Below, piece by piece: positions 31,267 through 45,790 of a stretch of DNA of 64,000 nt (within the stretch, counting starts at the first letter, position 1; each line of letters starts with the position of its first letter). Origin of the DNA: Tubulanus polymorphus. Taxonomy: Eukaryota; Animalia; Nemertea. The stretch is taken from assembly GCF_964204645.1 (NCBI RefSeq), contig NC_134030.1, forward strand, positions 4,320,778 to 4,384,777, read 5' to 3'. A model generated the notes under the pieces. That model did no database searches, was not told the origin of the DNA, and saw only the letters and a list, made by a program, of their open reading frames with translations. Made by a program: the position numbers and the translations under genes.

Positions 31267-32885
31267 TATACGCGTACGTACGGTATATGATGGAAGAAGT
31301 GATTGTATGAATTAAGTGTCAGTGATGAGAAATTTTATACCCATGACTATGAGGATGTATCTAGTGTTCTATAGTAGAGGAGCGACGTATATACAAATAT
31401 ATATAACTTGCGTATAGTAAATTTAGATAATTGATGAATCTAGAAATGATTTCACCGAAAATACGTAATACGTATACACGTCATGAACTGATTATTCATT
31501 GATTTAAACAAGAAATGTTAGTTTTTTCGTCGCTTTCAATAATGTAAGAATGATAAAGACTTGTTTTTATCGCTGGACTGAGTTTCTTAGCTGAAAAGTA
31601 TTCGATTAATTGGCGTCCATTTATTCAGATTTGACGGATAAGAGTTTATAGAACGATAGCTTGAAGAGCGTGATAAAGTGCTAAGCAGTGGTAATCGTAG
31701 AGCATTTAATGATAATTTTGCCTGAGAAATTATATAGACAAATTTAATGCGGTATTCTGCACTTCAGAAATCTTAATTTCTGACCTATACGGATGTCTCA
31801 CGTTCGTGCTATTATTGTTCAAATGCTCTCACTCGTTATTTTCAGTTTTTATGATTATTGATTCTTGGTTTTAACTCTTGTTTGTTAGTTGAATTTTTAT
31901 TGCTATGAACATAACGAATCTGATTGAGTCGTAATGGAAAATCTCTAGCCATTGTCCTTTGCCTTCGAATTCTTCAAATGTACATAGACTATTCGAAGCT
32001 TCGATTCGTGCGATTTTGCCGTGAAATTATTTGCAATATATCAAAAATCACCTCGTAGAAAACGTAGTAGAACTTGTTTTATGTAGATGATGTCTGCGTT
32101 CAGATGCAAGTTGAGGGAGATTCTTCGAAAGGATAATCTCTATTAATATGATCTGGACTAGCAGAACGGTCGCGTTTATGCTATCTTACTTTCTACTGTA
32201 CATTCCCAGCTATTATCTTTATATACAAAACCGTATTTATGAATAATACATGTATTTGAAATTAGATTTTTCGGAGGTGTATGTTCGCCTAAGGTATTAT
32301 TAGTATAATCTACTGATTGCACAACAATATTGAATGTAAAATTCATAGCCTGTTCTATAAATAATTATATGATTGGTGTACTGCATCAGCGTAACGGTGA
32401 ATTGCTATTTGTAAAAGTAAGCTGTCGGTATTTGTTGTCAGTGATGTATTTCTTCACAATCGCCAAACGTGATTTAGCTATTTCTCTCGCCGCTATGATG
32501 TGCTGTGTTCGGTTTGAATACTTTGTAAATTATATCACTTGTAAATATTCCTTTCAAAACATCGATGATATTTGACCAGTTAAATTCTAATTTCAAGCTA
32601 TGTCGATTTTTAAATCAAATGTAAGAGGGATTTCACTGAAATTTCAAAAAAAAAAGCTTCATGAAAGTTGTTTCAAAAAGGGATTCACTACAAAAATTAC
32701 GGTGAAAGATATTTCCTTCTAAGCTTTGATCAGAAATATTTCCCTGAGCAGAGACTATATAAGTTCGCCAGTATTTTGAGGCCAGTTCTGTGGTAATTTT
32801 TTAACCTGCTGGTTGATTCTAAATACTTCAACGCTTAGTAATTGCTAAGATATTCCCTATTCTCAATACTTACTAGAATCATGAA

Positions 32886-33098
32886 CAGGGGCGGATTTAG
32901 ATCGTCGCTGCAGATGCTTGAGCGACAATCAGATATTTCTGAACTTTTTTAAATGACACTATTTTGCAACTGCAAAAATAATTGTCTTGGAATGGAATGC
33001 CATAAAATGCTCTTAAAATTGCAAATCTTCATGGTGTAGGACCCCTCACCCTCCAGCACCTAGACATGACCTAGGATTGACCTCTGAATCCACCCCTG
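32886..33098. mobile_element. MITE with CAGGGGCGGAT termini (fragments also ~1415-1430, ~38482-38495)
   Basis: CAGGGGCGGATTTAGA / TCTGAATCCACCCCTG; ATGAA repeated on both flanks. Confidence 0.6.
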
Positions 33099-33637
33099 AT
33101 GAATGATGCCCCACTGAAAATGTTCCAATCGTCTGTATTTAGGAGAAAAGCATTTTTCAATTCTCTTAATCTCATATTTCTTGCATTCTAATGAAAACTT
33201 TACGAATTTTACCCAAGATAAATCTTTATATGTACATGAAATGTACTACATTTTAAATGATTGTTTTATCCGATGATTTTATTACCGCGTCATCTGTCTC
33301 AGAAACTGCTTTACACGACTAGATGTGTATTTTGTTTTATTGTGCCAAAACCTGTTATGAAATTCTGTTAATATCGAGAGCATCTCCCTTGTAAAGAATT
33401 AAGAGGGATACAGGTCCCACTAATAATTCAATAGTCGACTTATATAGGAATATTTTTGCTAATAAACGTATCAAATTTAATTTGCGTCATTAAAAAACTT
33501 GGACGATGTTTCTGTGCTTTAGTGTATTTTACTATCGGTACCAGCTTCTTCAATATATTATATTTTGTATTGCTACAGATTGTAAATGACATCTATGAAA
33601 GGATGGTGTTTTATTTTCAAAAAATTTATGCTGTTTC

Positions 33638-33685
33638 AATAAAAACGAATCTGTATTTGAAATTCTTTTTTTGTTGTTTGTTTTC
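33638..33685 (+). terminator. Candidate distal poly(A) signal of PPP2R1A (~2.9-kb 3' UTR)
   Basis: AATAAA 33638-33643 followed by U/GU-rich tract at ~33663-33684. Confidence 0.45.
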
Positions 33686-34643
33686 GCGCAGAACATCACT
33701 GCGTTTTAAGTTAATTCTTACATGAACGTTGAAATCTCAAGGCCAGAAAACCAAAAAATGCCACCAGATCGGGTATTAGTACATCTTACTGGAGGAGGTA
33801 GGGATTGATGATGTACAAGATTAAGCTGTGTGAGGATTGATGCCCAGTTTTGCCGACACAGTTCGAGTGTAGAATTTGTTCTCAATAGCAGTACTTCAAA
33901 TAATTAAATATGCATTAACGAAAGATTTAATTTCAAAAATTCCATTTGTTGATTTTATAAATCGCGTATTATTACAATATTTACAACAATATTCGCTTAA
34001 TCTTAATTCTTAAAGTCGCTTTCAAGCCAGTTACCTCTCCTTTAACAAATTATTCATGGCAACTGAGAATAAATATTAAGAGAATGAACATTTATGATTC
34101 GAAAAGTACAAGACATGAAATATAAGTAAGTAAAACATTACTCAGCACATTCACAATAACAACAAGTCAAAACCACGCAAATGTGAAAATTGGGCTCATC
34201 ATTATTTCACTAACAGATGCAATTTTCTTATGCACACAGGAATTAGAGCGAAAATCCATAAAATAACAGGCTTTCCAAAGTCACCTGGGGCCAGCTACGT
34301 AGTCATGGCTTAGATTTAAAACCAGTCTAGGACAAACTTAGTCAATCTAACAACCTCAGACTACCAGGTAGTCTATAGATCTAAGACCACTTTTGAACTG
34401 GGGTAAGACTGAAACTGGGCCCTGAATAGTAGCACATTTTAAGTATGAATTTTCGGGCAACAGTGATATAGATCATAATACAAATTCCCTGAATTTTTCA
34501 TTGTAAATGTAATTGTTTCCATGATACAAAAGCTTCAGTTGATCAGATTCAGAAATTGTTTCAATCAAATGTCCAGAAAAAGTTCCACAATCAGCGAGAC
34601 GTGTGCACACAAAATATCTCATCTTGATGCGTAACAGGAAAAA

Positions 34644-36460
34644 TTAGCCAGATTTTTCATCGAAGCTATTTTGCGGATTGTAAGGTTTGAATATGGCTTG
34701 TCGATAGTAATTCAGTTCCTTAATGCTCTCTCTGATATCCTGCATTGCTCGGTGCGCCATACTTTTTCTCGGGGTGCGTTCATATTCATCAGGATACCAG
34801 CGTCTGAAATATAAAACCCGAAACTATATCTAACGGCTACATAAGTTGCGAAGGAGAAAGTCCACCAAAAACATTTTAAACATAAACAAAATGAATTAGT
34901 TATTCTGAAACTAGTGATTCACCCCAGAATTTCATAGATCAATTTGATTTAACAAATTTATTATACCCCCGGTAGTCAATCACGCTTTGTTCGGATCATT
35001 TGGGACTATAGAAATTCATCCAATTTATCAGAAATCCAGATTAAATATACTTTTAGGAGGAGTTAAATAAATAATCCAATAGGGTTAGTCTTGGGAAACC
35101 AAGATCCAAGCGACGTAAAACCAAACAAACAAAACAAACAAACAACTATAGGCTACACATGATATGGGTATTATTTTCTACTGGTTTAAGATACTCACTT
35201 GCAAAGTTCTTTGATAGTGCTGACATCTATGATACGATAATGAAGATGATTCATGAATTGCGGCATGTATTTATCGAGGAATCGTTTATCGGCGTGAACT
35301 GAATTTCCGGCTAACGGACACTTTCCACGCGGTGTGTGTAGTCTGATGAATGAAAGCATTTCTATTTCAGCTTGTTGAAGAGAGATCTTACTTTTACGCA
35401 CGGCGTCTGTCAATCCAGACTGAAATAAAGGAACGCATAAACAAATTATTTGAATTCAGGGATTGTTTAATTTTCTAATTTCAATTTGGGACCCAGAATC
35501 CAGTTCCCCAGTTAGGCCTTTCGTGAGCACTCTTCAGTGAAAAGTTCGTTATGAATGAGTCTTAACAGTGGAGCTGGATGATTGACTTTACGTACCTCAC
35601 CATGATGCTCCTTACACCAATCATTCATGCGATCTAACACTGAATCTGGTTGATTAATGATCAAATTTGGTCCCTACAATTGACAAAATTCATCAACTCT
35701 AGGATCAATAATAATCTGGTCTAGGCCTATAACAAACAGAATTCACTCAGTTCGTTTAGTTAGTGAATTCTTACCTCAGCGATTACTTCCATATCAGGAT
35801 TCGTGATGAGACAAGCCATTTCAATGATGTGGTCAGTGTCCACATCCAATCCGGTCATCTGAAATTAAAAAAAAGGTCAAATGAAACGCAATCTAACTAT
35901 AATTACCATTTCAATTTATTATAATAATAATGTGGCATTTAGGCCTACGTACTACAGTGAAATAATACATGGTGCAGCAATATCATTGTCACAGTCCACA
36001 GAATCAAAACTGAATTGGTTTTAATAAGTAGGCTTTCAGTATTGAATTATTCAGGGTTTCGTACACCACAGGTTTCTTCGCAGTCTTATTTTCAATTCCC
36101 CATACCCAGATTATAAATTCTCAATACCCCTAAGTTACACGTCGCCAACCTAGAACAGGCAACATAGGCCCATTTAAAGTAAATACGTACGTAGTAAGTG
36201 CCAATTATCAATACCGTCTTTGGGAGACAAGTTTTTACAAATGCATTTGATTTGTATTGAATTCTAAGAAAAATGTAATTTCGTCTCAATAAGCCGGCAT
36301 GTCAGCCATTGATACATACCTCTAAATCAACCCATACCACTCTCTCGGTGTCTGGAACATTTCCAATGCAAAACTTTCTTTTCTTAACAACGGACATCGT
36401 TCGATAAAGGGCAAATTTTAAAATTTCCCGGAAATTTCTTCGCGGAACCAGGAAATGCAT
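34644..36460 (-). CDS. REXO2: Oligoribonuclease (DEDDh exonuclease), 227 aa
   Basis: Exons 36460-36320, 35858-35775, 35673-35596, 35419-35199, 34803-34644 (684 nt). [57 protein letters not shown]. Confidence 0.96.
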
Positions 36461-37454
36461 GCGGGCGTCTATTTCGCAACCGTCAGATCCAGAATGTCAA
36501 ATATTAGAAATAACATCCATTCACAAAAATCATTTGATTAAAAACAGAAAAGCATCTTGAAATGTATGCTAGTAACGTGCGAGAACTATCAATTAATTCA
36601 TGAAATGATATTTGATAATTATGAAACTAAATTTGATGGCAGCACCGTATAGTCCCCTCGGACAACAGCAGAATTTTTCAAACTAATAACAATATCAACA
36701 ATATTGCTAAAATTAGTATATCCATAGTGTAAAAACTTTTTTAAAATGAATTATTTATCAAATGTAATAATTTATTTTTATGGCCTTATTAAAGTTCCAC
36801 GATTGATCTGACAGTTTCGAGTGGTTAATGAGTGTTTCAAGTGCTTACAACGATGCTTATTACTTCGTGGTACATGGTGGTTTAAAAAAAAATTTCATAA
36901 TAATACGCTCACCGCGTGGGCTTCGTAGAAAGACCACTGCCTGTGGCCTTCCCAAATTTTAATTGTCCTGTCCGATTTGGTTTCGTCCAATTGAGAGACT
37001 GCCTTTTCCAGTTAGGGCATTTTTGGATCACATAACTCAGGAAATGACTTACGCTTTTGGGCCCATTCGTCGGTTCCACATGTTTCATTTGAGCTATAGA
37101 CCTAAATGGTGACACCATGATGGTCAGAAACTGACCAATTGAGATATCCCCGAGTCTGACCACTTGACTTCGAATTTCGGAAATTTTTCAAGTCATGTCT
37201 GTTTTCAAACTACTGAAGAATCATTGCAAATTCATAAACTGACCATCACTGACCACCACTGACAAATTCAAACTCCTTGAATTTGAAAACTATATACCGC
37301 GTTATGGTGTCAAACTAGAAATGATTCGCCATAAATATTGAGAATTCATAAATTGACCATCACTGACCACCACTGACGAATTCATGCTTCACGAATATGA
37401 GAACGATATACATGTACCACGTTACGGTGGTGTCAAACTAGAAAGGATTCGCCA

Positions 37455-38170
37455 TCAGGACACCCCTGTACATCCTCTATATATTCAGCATCAGGACCAC
37501 TCTGAATCAGCATCAGTAATTACTGGGTTCGACCCCGGTACATCCTCCATTAAGCATCAGGGCCACTCGTTCAAACCCAGTAATTGCTGATACTGATTCA
37601 GAGTGGTCCTGATGCTGAATGGAGGATGTACAGGGGTGTCCCGGGTTCGAACCCAGTAATTACTGATGCTGATTCAGAGTGGTCCTGATGCTGAATATAT
37701 AGAGGATGTACAGGGGTGTCCTGAATCTGTTATCAGTTATTACTTTTGTTAAGATATCAACATTTTACCGTACGGTGCTGTCTCTATGCTCATCGTTAGC
37801 GGGATTTTTATACACTAACGTTAGTCAACTCTGGCAAGCTAAGGTCACGGACTATAACTGGACAGCACGTCGATTGCCAGAGCTGACTTTAGTTAGTGTA
37901 TGAAAATCCCGCTAACGATGAGCATAGCGGCAGCACTGTACGGTCTGGACACCCCTGTACATCCTTTATTCAACATCAGGACAACTCTGAATCAGTATCA
38001 GTAATTACTGGGTTTGAACCCAGGACACCCCTGTACATCCTCTATTCAGCATCAGTACCACTCTGAACCAGTATCATTAATTACTGGGTTCGAACCTGGG
38101 ACACCCCTGTTCATCCTTTATCCATCACGACCACTCTGAACCAGTATCAGTAATAACTGGGTTCGAACCT
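37455..38170. repeat. ~75-bp unit arranged as an inverted pair (37455-37724) and direct tandem (37947-38170)
   Basis: GGACACCCCTGTACATCC...CAGTAATTACTGGGTTCGAACC in both orientations. Confidence 0.85.
37767..37944. mobile_element. ~178-bp MITE with ~70-bp TIRs; partial copy at ~62424-62490
   Basis: ACCGTACGGTGCTG..CATCGTTAGCGGGATTTT..CTCTGGCAA / TTGCCAGAG..AAAATCCCGCTAACGATG..CACTGTACGGT. Confidence 0.8.
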
Positions 38171-39989
38171 TAGAGACGATCAGGAGGTCATCGGCTACAT
38201 TTACCGAACGCATGAAGAAAATAAAAACAATGATTTTTACAAGAGAAACACAAATCTCATGTAATTAATCATGTAATGTTAACACCAAAAGAAGGATACT
38301 GGGTGTCACTTTTAAAGGCAAAGTTAACTATTCAGGACTCTGCTTCTGTATATAAAAATCAAACCGATCATCAGTGGATATATCAAATTAGCGGGTGGTG
38401 AAATATATATGCCGTCACCAAATATTGCCGAAGGGCACTTAAATTTTAGACCGTACGAACAATGTATTGGGCAATACGGTCTGGATCCGCCCCTGAGTGC
38501 TTTAGTGACAATCAAAAAGATTGCTAATTTCGTAATTACTCTTCGGCAGCTCAACACTCGCTTCTAACCGGTCAACAAGTGTTAGTGTCCGGGTTGAAGG
38601 TAAGCTGTATTGCCAATATTCGATTATCATGTTTTCCGGACATCCTCGTCTCCGCACAATGTTGGTGGGAATATTGGTTTGAAAAAAAGAGGTGGATTGC
38701 AAGATAACAAAAAAACCACTGACTGGTGAACTAACAAAGTTCAGACAGAGTAGCTAAACAGATAAAGAATTTCAATCATATTTATTCTCATACAGTGTAC
38801 AACAATCATACAAAATGCCAGGTTTGTGCTCGAGGAATTATAACGTAAGCTCCTCAAACACGTGAACTGTATTTCAAAAACAGTCCAAACATGGATGTAT
38901 AAACTATAAACTAGAGTTTATACATCCATGGTCCAACCATAGACTCTAAAACAGAAACGTCTATGGCCTACAACCATGGACTCTCGAGTCCATGGCTCCC
39001 CGCACTTAAACCAGAGATAAACCTGGCCAAATACTCTGGAAAGCGTAGGATTAAGTAATCAATCTGATTTACATTTTTACATCATTTTATTTTCACATAT
39101 CATATTATTAACTTTTAGCTTATTTTCTCAAATTTTAATAGTAATTTTATTTCTATTACTATGAATGAAATTGTAATAACTCTAAACCACAAAAGTAACA
39201 TGTAAAGTATTTCGAAGTTTTAATATACAATACATCTCCACCACTACTGATTTTATACAATTTGCATCAATAGGAAAATAACAAAAATACACAAAGAATT
39301 ATAAACTTATATCCATAAAACACAGAAAATTGGACTAGTCTGAAAGTCTAAGATTATGAATTTGACAATTCATGAGGTCAATATAACTGACACTTTGTTA
39401 TATTTCATGAAATATGAATCTACCGTGTCAACTTTTCAAATGACACTTAATAATCAAGAAAAAGCTCAACTAAAATCGATACGACCTTAATTCAGCGTTT
39501 GAAGAACAATTGACATTAACATTTCGTTTTTGATTTTAAACAGTCTTTGATTTAATTTTCAATAACATTATTCTAAAAGATAACTAGAGTTTTGCCACCT
39601 TTGCCTTGTCTTTAAGAGATTTTCAGACATGATCAAATTGGTTATTTTCTCAAATGTTACATTTAATGCAAAGTATTTTGGAGGCATTCTCTTCTATGCA
39701 TTCAGCAAGATAAATCGAGTATATAAATATTGTTCAACTGTCAATTTTAACACAGCTAGGTCAATTACTACATGTAATAACTTATTGCTTAGATATCTAC
39801 AATTAAGTTAGATTCAATAATTTTTTGAGGTGCTTCTCGTGCAGATATTTCAGGACCCATATAGACATATTTAAGCCATGGTTTTAGAGTCCATATATAG
39901 CAAGCACAATTTACTGATTAATACTGTTCATATATCCTCATTAATCAAGAGAATGCTCCTCTATTTTGCTCCTCCATTTTCCATAAGGA

Positions 39990-41040
39990 CCTTAATAAAA
40001 ATAGTATTTTATGAACCACTGAAAAGCACCACAGTGAAAAAGTTGCAATACACGTAACTGAACAATTGAAAAGTTTTAACATGAATGACGAACATGAGTT
40101 ATTTAAAAACAGTTGAGAATCAAAACATGAATACATTACACCTACAAATTCACTCACACTCTGGAGAGCGTAAGGTTAACTAATTAATCTTACTTATTAC
40201 AAGAAAACTAAAAACATTGCCAAATTTTCCTTGTCTTTAAGAGATTTCTTCAAACATTATCAACTAGCTTATTTCACAAATGTTACATTTGAAATAAAGC
40301 AGGGTCTGATCTAAGCACTAGTTCAATTGCCCGGGACAAGTATATTTTCATTAGGGCAAGTAGGTTATCATTATCGCTCATCCACCGGGCTTGTGTAATT
40401 CTATATCTCAAAGCTTTTATCCCACTCGATGCAAGGGATGATTGTGTCACAATCGGACTGCTCATGTAGGGCACGTTGAGGGGGCAAGCGATATTACATA
40501 TTATGCTTGCCCTGCGATCGAATGGCATTTATTCCTTAGATCAAACCCTGCAAACTATTATAAAGGAAATTCTTCTTGTCCAGACATTACAGGCCCCACA
40601 CAGACGCGGTTAAACCGATAATCAAAAACAAAGCTTGGACGATTGACCAATTAGCACTGCATCCACAAGTTATCCTCTATTTTCAACAGGGCCTTAATTA
40701 AATCAGTATTTTATGAACAACTGATAAGCACCAAAGTGAAATTGTTGCTACAAAACTTAACAACTGAAAAGGTTCAACATGAATGATGAAAATGTACATT
40801 GTTTTATTCACACAACAATAATATCTTAATCGAGGAATCATCATGTAAGTTCCTAATTTACAAACACGTGAACTGTATTACAATAACAGTCTCTAACATA
40901 AAGCGTTAAAACTAGAGATGAAACATACTGATTCACTCCAGAAATCTTGGAGTATCAATTTATCATTCTTAATTTCTTTTTCGTAAACATTACTTTCACT
41001 TGATTACTAGAATTTTGCCAACTTTGCCCCGACTTAAAGA
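39990..41040. repeat. Left arm of large inverted duplication (partner 48680-49870)
   Basis: Long collinear reverse-complement match, e.g. 40150-40560 vs 49250-49675 and 40700-41040 vs 48680-49010. Confidence 0.88.
40300..40550. mobile_element. ~250-bp hAT-like MITE (second copy inverted at ~49263-49518)
   Basis: TIRs CAGGGTCTGATCTAAG / CTTAGATCAAACCCTG; present in both arms of the inverted duplication. Confidence 0.65.
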
Positions 41041-43039
41041 TTTTCAAGCACCTTGGCATTAAATACTAACTATTCTGACGTTTTTTCTTCCAGTTTCGAA
41101 AACATCAACATAATTATACAATCGGTAACTAATCGATAACATCAATAACTTAAGTTTATAGCTGTTTTAAATTCTTTCTAAAAAGTAAAATGTATGTACA
41201 TGATTTTAGATAGTAAGTCTGCCCCGTAAGTCTACCCCAGTATCAACAACTATTTTCATACTCCATTCCACGCAATCAGGTAAATTTTTTAAACTATGTT
41301 ACCTATCAGACTGGTCTGAAAAAGGGTGATATTAGTAAAAAAATCAATACTTTACTACAGAGGTCTTTGCCGCTGCTAGATCTCAACCATTGTCTTTGCT
41401 GCTTCGGTGTTTATCCTGAATCAGATTTTATAAGATAATCCATTGTCTTTGCTGCGCGAATCAGTGTTTATAAGATACACTATCATCTCTGCTGCTCCTG
41501 ATAAAATGTTTTATAGAAATCAACCATCGATTGTAGAAGATTCCATCGTTGAGTGATTAATCCGTAGCTGGCTCCTAAACTTCTCATCTGGGCTTCTGCA
41601 GTTTTCATCAGCAAATGGGTCAATGGGTATTTGTCTACTTGTGTCTTCTTCAGGCCATTATTTCCGGGATGTAGTTTGACTGAAACAAAGTGAAGAAAGC
41701 AAAACATTTTAGACAGATTTATCATAACTTACATGTCATTTCAAATTACAAGCCACCGTGTTTTTCACTTAGTTAATATAGTTATTTCCAAAATCAGAAT
41801 TAGGTTCATTGACGTCAATTGCCGATTTAAACCCCAATAAATAATTGCAGTAGTAGGACTAGTTCATTAATGTTTAAGCTTGGAGTAATCATTTGAAAAA
41901 TTTATTACTCCAAGGTGCAAGACTAGTAAAGATAAAAGTTCTAAGATCAGCCATGTGGACAGGTAAATAGATTTCGATGATAATCACTTATCAAATGATA
42001 TTCATATGAGGCCTGAAATTTCTATATACCGGTAATTTCCATCTAATGAGTTTGATTCTTCTGTGGGTTGTTCAAATCCGTAGATTTCAGATGAGTAGTT
42101 GATTTTAAGCTGGTCTCTTTCTTATAGTTGAAACTTAGCTGCAATGAGTAAATAAATATATCCTGTAATCACGACATTTAGAAATCATCGTAATAACTCC
42201 ATGTATATCAAGTTACCTTTTATGATTGCTGGTTTCATCATCGACGAGGATCTCCTAAGTCGGTTGGTTTCTGTGCACTGTTTTCTCTAATTGTCAGATT
42301 TTTTATGAGTTGTTGACCTCAAGCTCTTGTTTGACTTTTCGAGTTGGTGTCCCTTACAAACCTACCACACCTGGCGGGAGCGATACGGCGGTTTTTTTCA
42401 AAATCGGAAATCGAAGTACAGATATAGTTGCGTGATCGGCGGTCGTTTTTACAGATCTTTTTTTTTTAAGTTCAAGAACATAATTGGTAATTCGGTTCCG
42501 GTTCATTCAAACAATCTTTTATTCTGCCCAATTCTGATTTTGGAAATAACTATATTGTTGAAGATAATTTTACAATATTTGGCCTTTTTTTAATGTAACT
42601 AGTCCGAAAGTTTACAATGTTTAATAATTTTGTCTATATTTTTTTGGTCGTTTTCACCGTTTAAATAGTCGAAGCACATATTAAGTGACTGATTGGGGTT
42701 AACTTTTTTTCTGCCTAATTTAATACATCGAGATTTAGGAAATAACTATATTTTACAATATTTGGTCTTTTTTTCATGTAACTAGTCCGAAAGTTTACAA
42801 GGTGGGAGAATTTTGTCTAACTTTAATTTTTTTGTCATTTTCACCGTTTAAATTTGTCTAATTTTTTAAAGTTTATTGTCGTTTTTCTCGAGTATGTCTG
42901 AAATCGAAGTACATAATTGGGAAATTCGATTCCGGTTCATTCAAACTATCTTCCAATCAGTCTGAAACGGCAAGCTGAAGAAAAGAGCAGAACCTTTTGA
43001 GCAGAAAATCCTTTGGAATATCACTGATCATAATTATCA

Positions 43040-45790
43040 TGTCAGTTCATATATAAGATCAGCAACGTGGATCGATACGTAGATTTTAATAATAGTCTTA
43101 GATGATATTTATGAAATTCAACTCATATAGTAATTCATCTATATTCTAAATATCTAAGCAATGGTTGATTATTATAGTTTAATAACAATTCAACTAAAGC
43201 ATCTATAGTCATCTCTAGGAATACCAGAGTTACAACAAATTAAGTAATGCATAATCAATCTTATCAAATCGTTTTTGAACTGTTTTCTCTTCTATCTTCT
43301 TGAAATTCTTGATGTGTCTTTTATTGAAACCCAGGCCCATCATACAGTGCAAACCTGCTAGTTATATTGGCCTATATATATTTCGATTGTCAGCTAAACC
43401 ATATTCGTATTATCAAATTTACTTCATCGTCAGTTAATAAACTTAAGATATGTTTTCTACCCACAGATGGCGACATCTGTACCCAGTGAATGGTATTCTA
43501 ATCCATTTCATTAATTCTAAATATTGCTCCTAATATATACAATGATTTTGTAATTATGATAATATAACTAACTGAAGAGTGAGTGCGCTGCCAGCATTGA
43601 GCACACTGATCCTATAAGTAACATGGTTCTACAGATTTAAGAAACCTCGAATCATTCCCACAACTTGGCAAATCCAGAATTCTGCAAAGCCTTAAAGATT
43701 CAATAAATCCCACGCACAAGAGACAGAGTTAAAACATACCCAGTATTTTTTATATATCAACCAATATTGAATTATACTTATCAACCCCTATGGTTTAGAT
43801 TTGAGCACTTTTACCTTATATGAAGATGCTGAATTAGATACCTAATCTATAAGTTAATTGATAATGTCCTAGCTATAATTGAAATTGTCTCGGACAATAT
43901 TTTATATGGGGCTTGAAATTTCTACACGAGAAGAATTTCAGATCCGGTACGAATTTGAATGAATCACTATTTGAACTGCTAATTTTGCATCAGAGCTTTT
44001 GATACCTAGCTTAACTAACCCAGAATCCCCCAAAACCTAACTGATTCAACAGATCCCACACACACATGTGGCCCAGTTAGACGCAGATGACATTGCGCGA
44101 TACAGTCGTCTCATCCACTGTGCAATTTTGAATAAGTTTCACTTATATTCATCACATTGAATTAATTTGAATTAAATTCTAGGTATCTAAGCGAACCATT
44201 AATTAGTAATCATACTAGCTATATTTTAATTGTCAGTTGAACAATATTTATATGGAGCCTGAAAATCTACATGAGTAGAATTTCAGATGTGGTGAATTCG
44301 TCACTATTTGAATTCATCAGAAATTAAAGATAAAAAAGCATATTTTTAGTGGTAAATTAGAAATTCCCTTAGCCGAATGGCTATATAATCTTTATTTCCC
44401 TTATATAGTACACTGTGTATAAGGACCAAAAGACCTTGTTATGACCGGACCTCCCTGGTGCGGTGCGAGTCATGATGCTAGAAAATAGTTTGAAGGAGAG
44501 GGGTTAGTAAAAGAGAGCTATTAGCAAGAGGAATAAGACCTAAGTTTAGGATATCCTGTCAGAATAAGGCTTTCAATCTGACATACACAGTGAAATTGAA
44601 ATATTCCCCCTTCCAAATCCAGGAATGTATTTGTGCACAGATTCGATCGGAAGTAAATCTGCGTTAAATGATTTTGCCAGTATGTATCAAAACTAATACA
44701 GCTGTGTGAAGACACCATAGGATCACTTAGATACAGATAAATAAATGTGCTCAGATACACATGTATCAGCTACATTTTAAATGTCCATGGAATTAGAAAT
44801 AATTTCACATAACAATTGAATTAACCTTAATCGATCTAAGTAATACGTTAATGAGTAATTCATCTTAGATTCTAATTTTCAGTTAAACTATATCTAATAT
44901 GCGTCACTTGACACACAGTATGGCTTTTAGATATTAATTGAATCAGTTAGGTTTGAGTAAATTTCGCCAATAATGAAAAGCATGGCTAGTCGTCGTAAGC
45001 GCGGCAGTTGGCGATACAGAACTGATCAGTCAATGAGACTGATTCACTTATAGATGTGCTCAAATATAATATATATTTCAGCTATATTTCAATAAATATT
45101 TATGATATAAAAAGTTTTTGATCTAACATCAAATATTGAATTCATCTTAATTGTGAATATCTAAGCCATTTTTCCTGGCTGTATGCTAATTGTCAGTCAA
45201 ACAACAATTATCATGCGTCGCCCAAAACAAGACGCAGTGTTTCAGGAATGAATTAAATCAATTAAAGCTTTGGTTTATTCTGGATTTATCAAAGTGTTGA
45301 GACCAAATCACTGTTTCATAAAGACCTGTAGTCCATAGTTTTCCCCATATAACACCAGACCTCGATCCCTAGACACTATCTTATGAAATTCATAACTGTT
45401 ATGTGTGAGGCAGCACATAATATATATCGTAAAGTATGGCCTCAATGGTAATAAATTTATCAATATATTATTTGTAAAGAAAAATCTATCAACCAACGAT
45501 AAAGTTTAATTGATATATCTTTTAGTAAAAATTGTCCTATCTAGATCTTGATTGTCAGTTAAACAATAGTCATATGAGGCCTGAAATATCTACGGTACAT
45601 TCGAATAATTTCAAATGTCACATAAGATATTGAATTTACCTTAATTGTACGTACTTACAAAATCTTTTAATCAATAACTGACCAATCTACATTTTAATTA
45701 TCAGACCAAAGAATATTTAAAGGACCTCACTCAATCATTTTGTCTAATATTGTAAATATTCAAGCAATCATTGCCTAGCTATATTTCAAT
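43040..45790. repeat. Highly degenerate tandem array (~300-bp scale)
   Basis: Recurrent ATTGTCAGTTAAAC / TATGAGGCCTGAAAT.TCTAC motifs near 43385, 43905, 44230-44270, 45190, 45550-45590 (also 42005). Confidence 0.5.
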
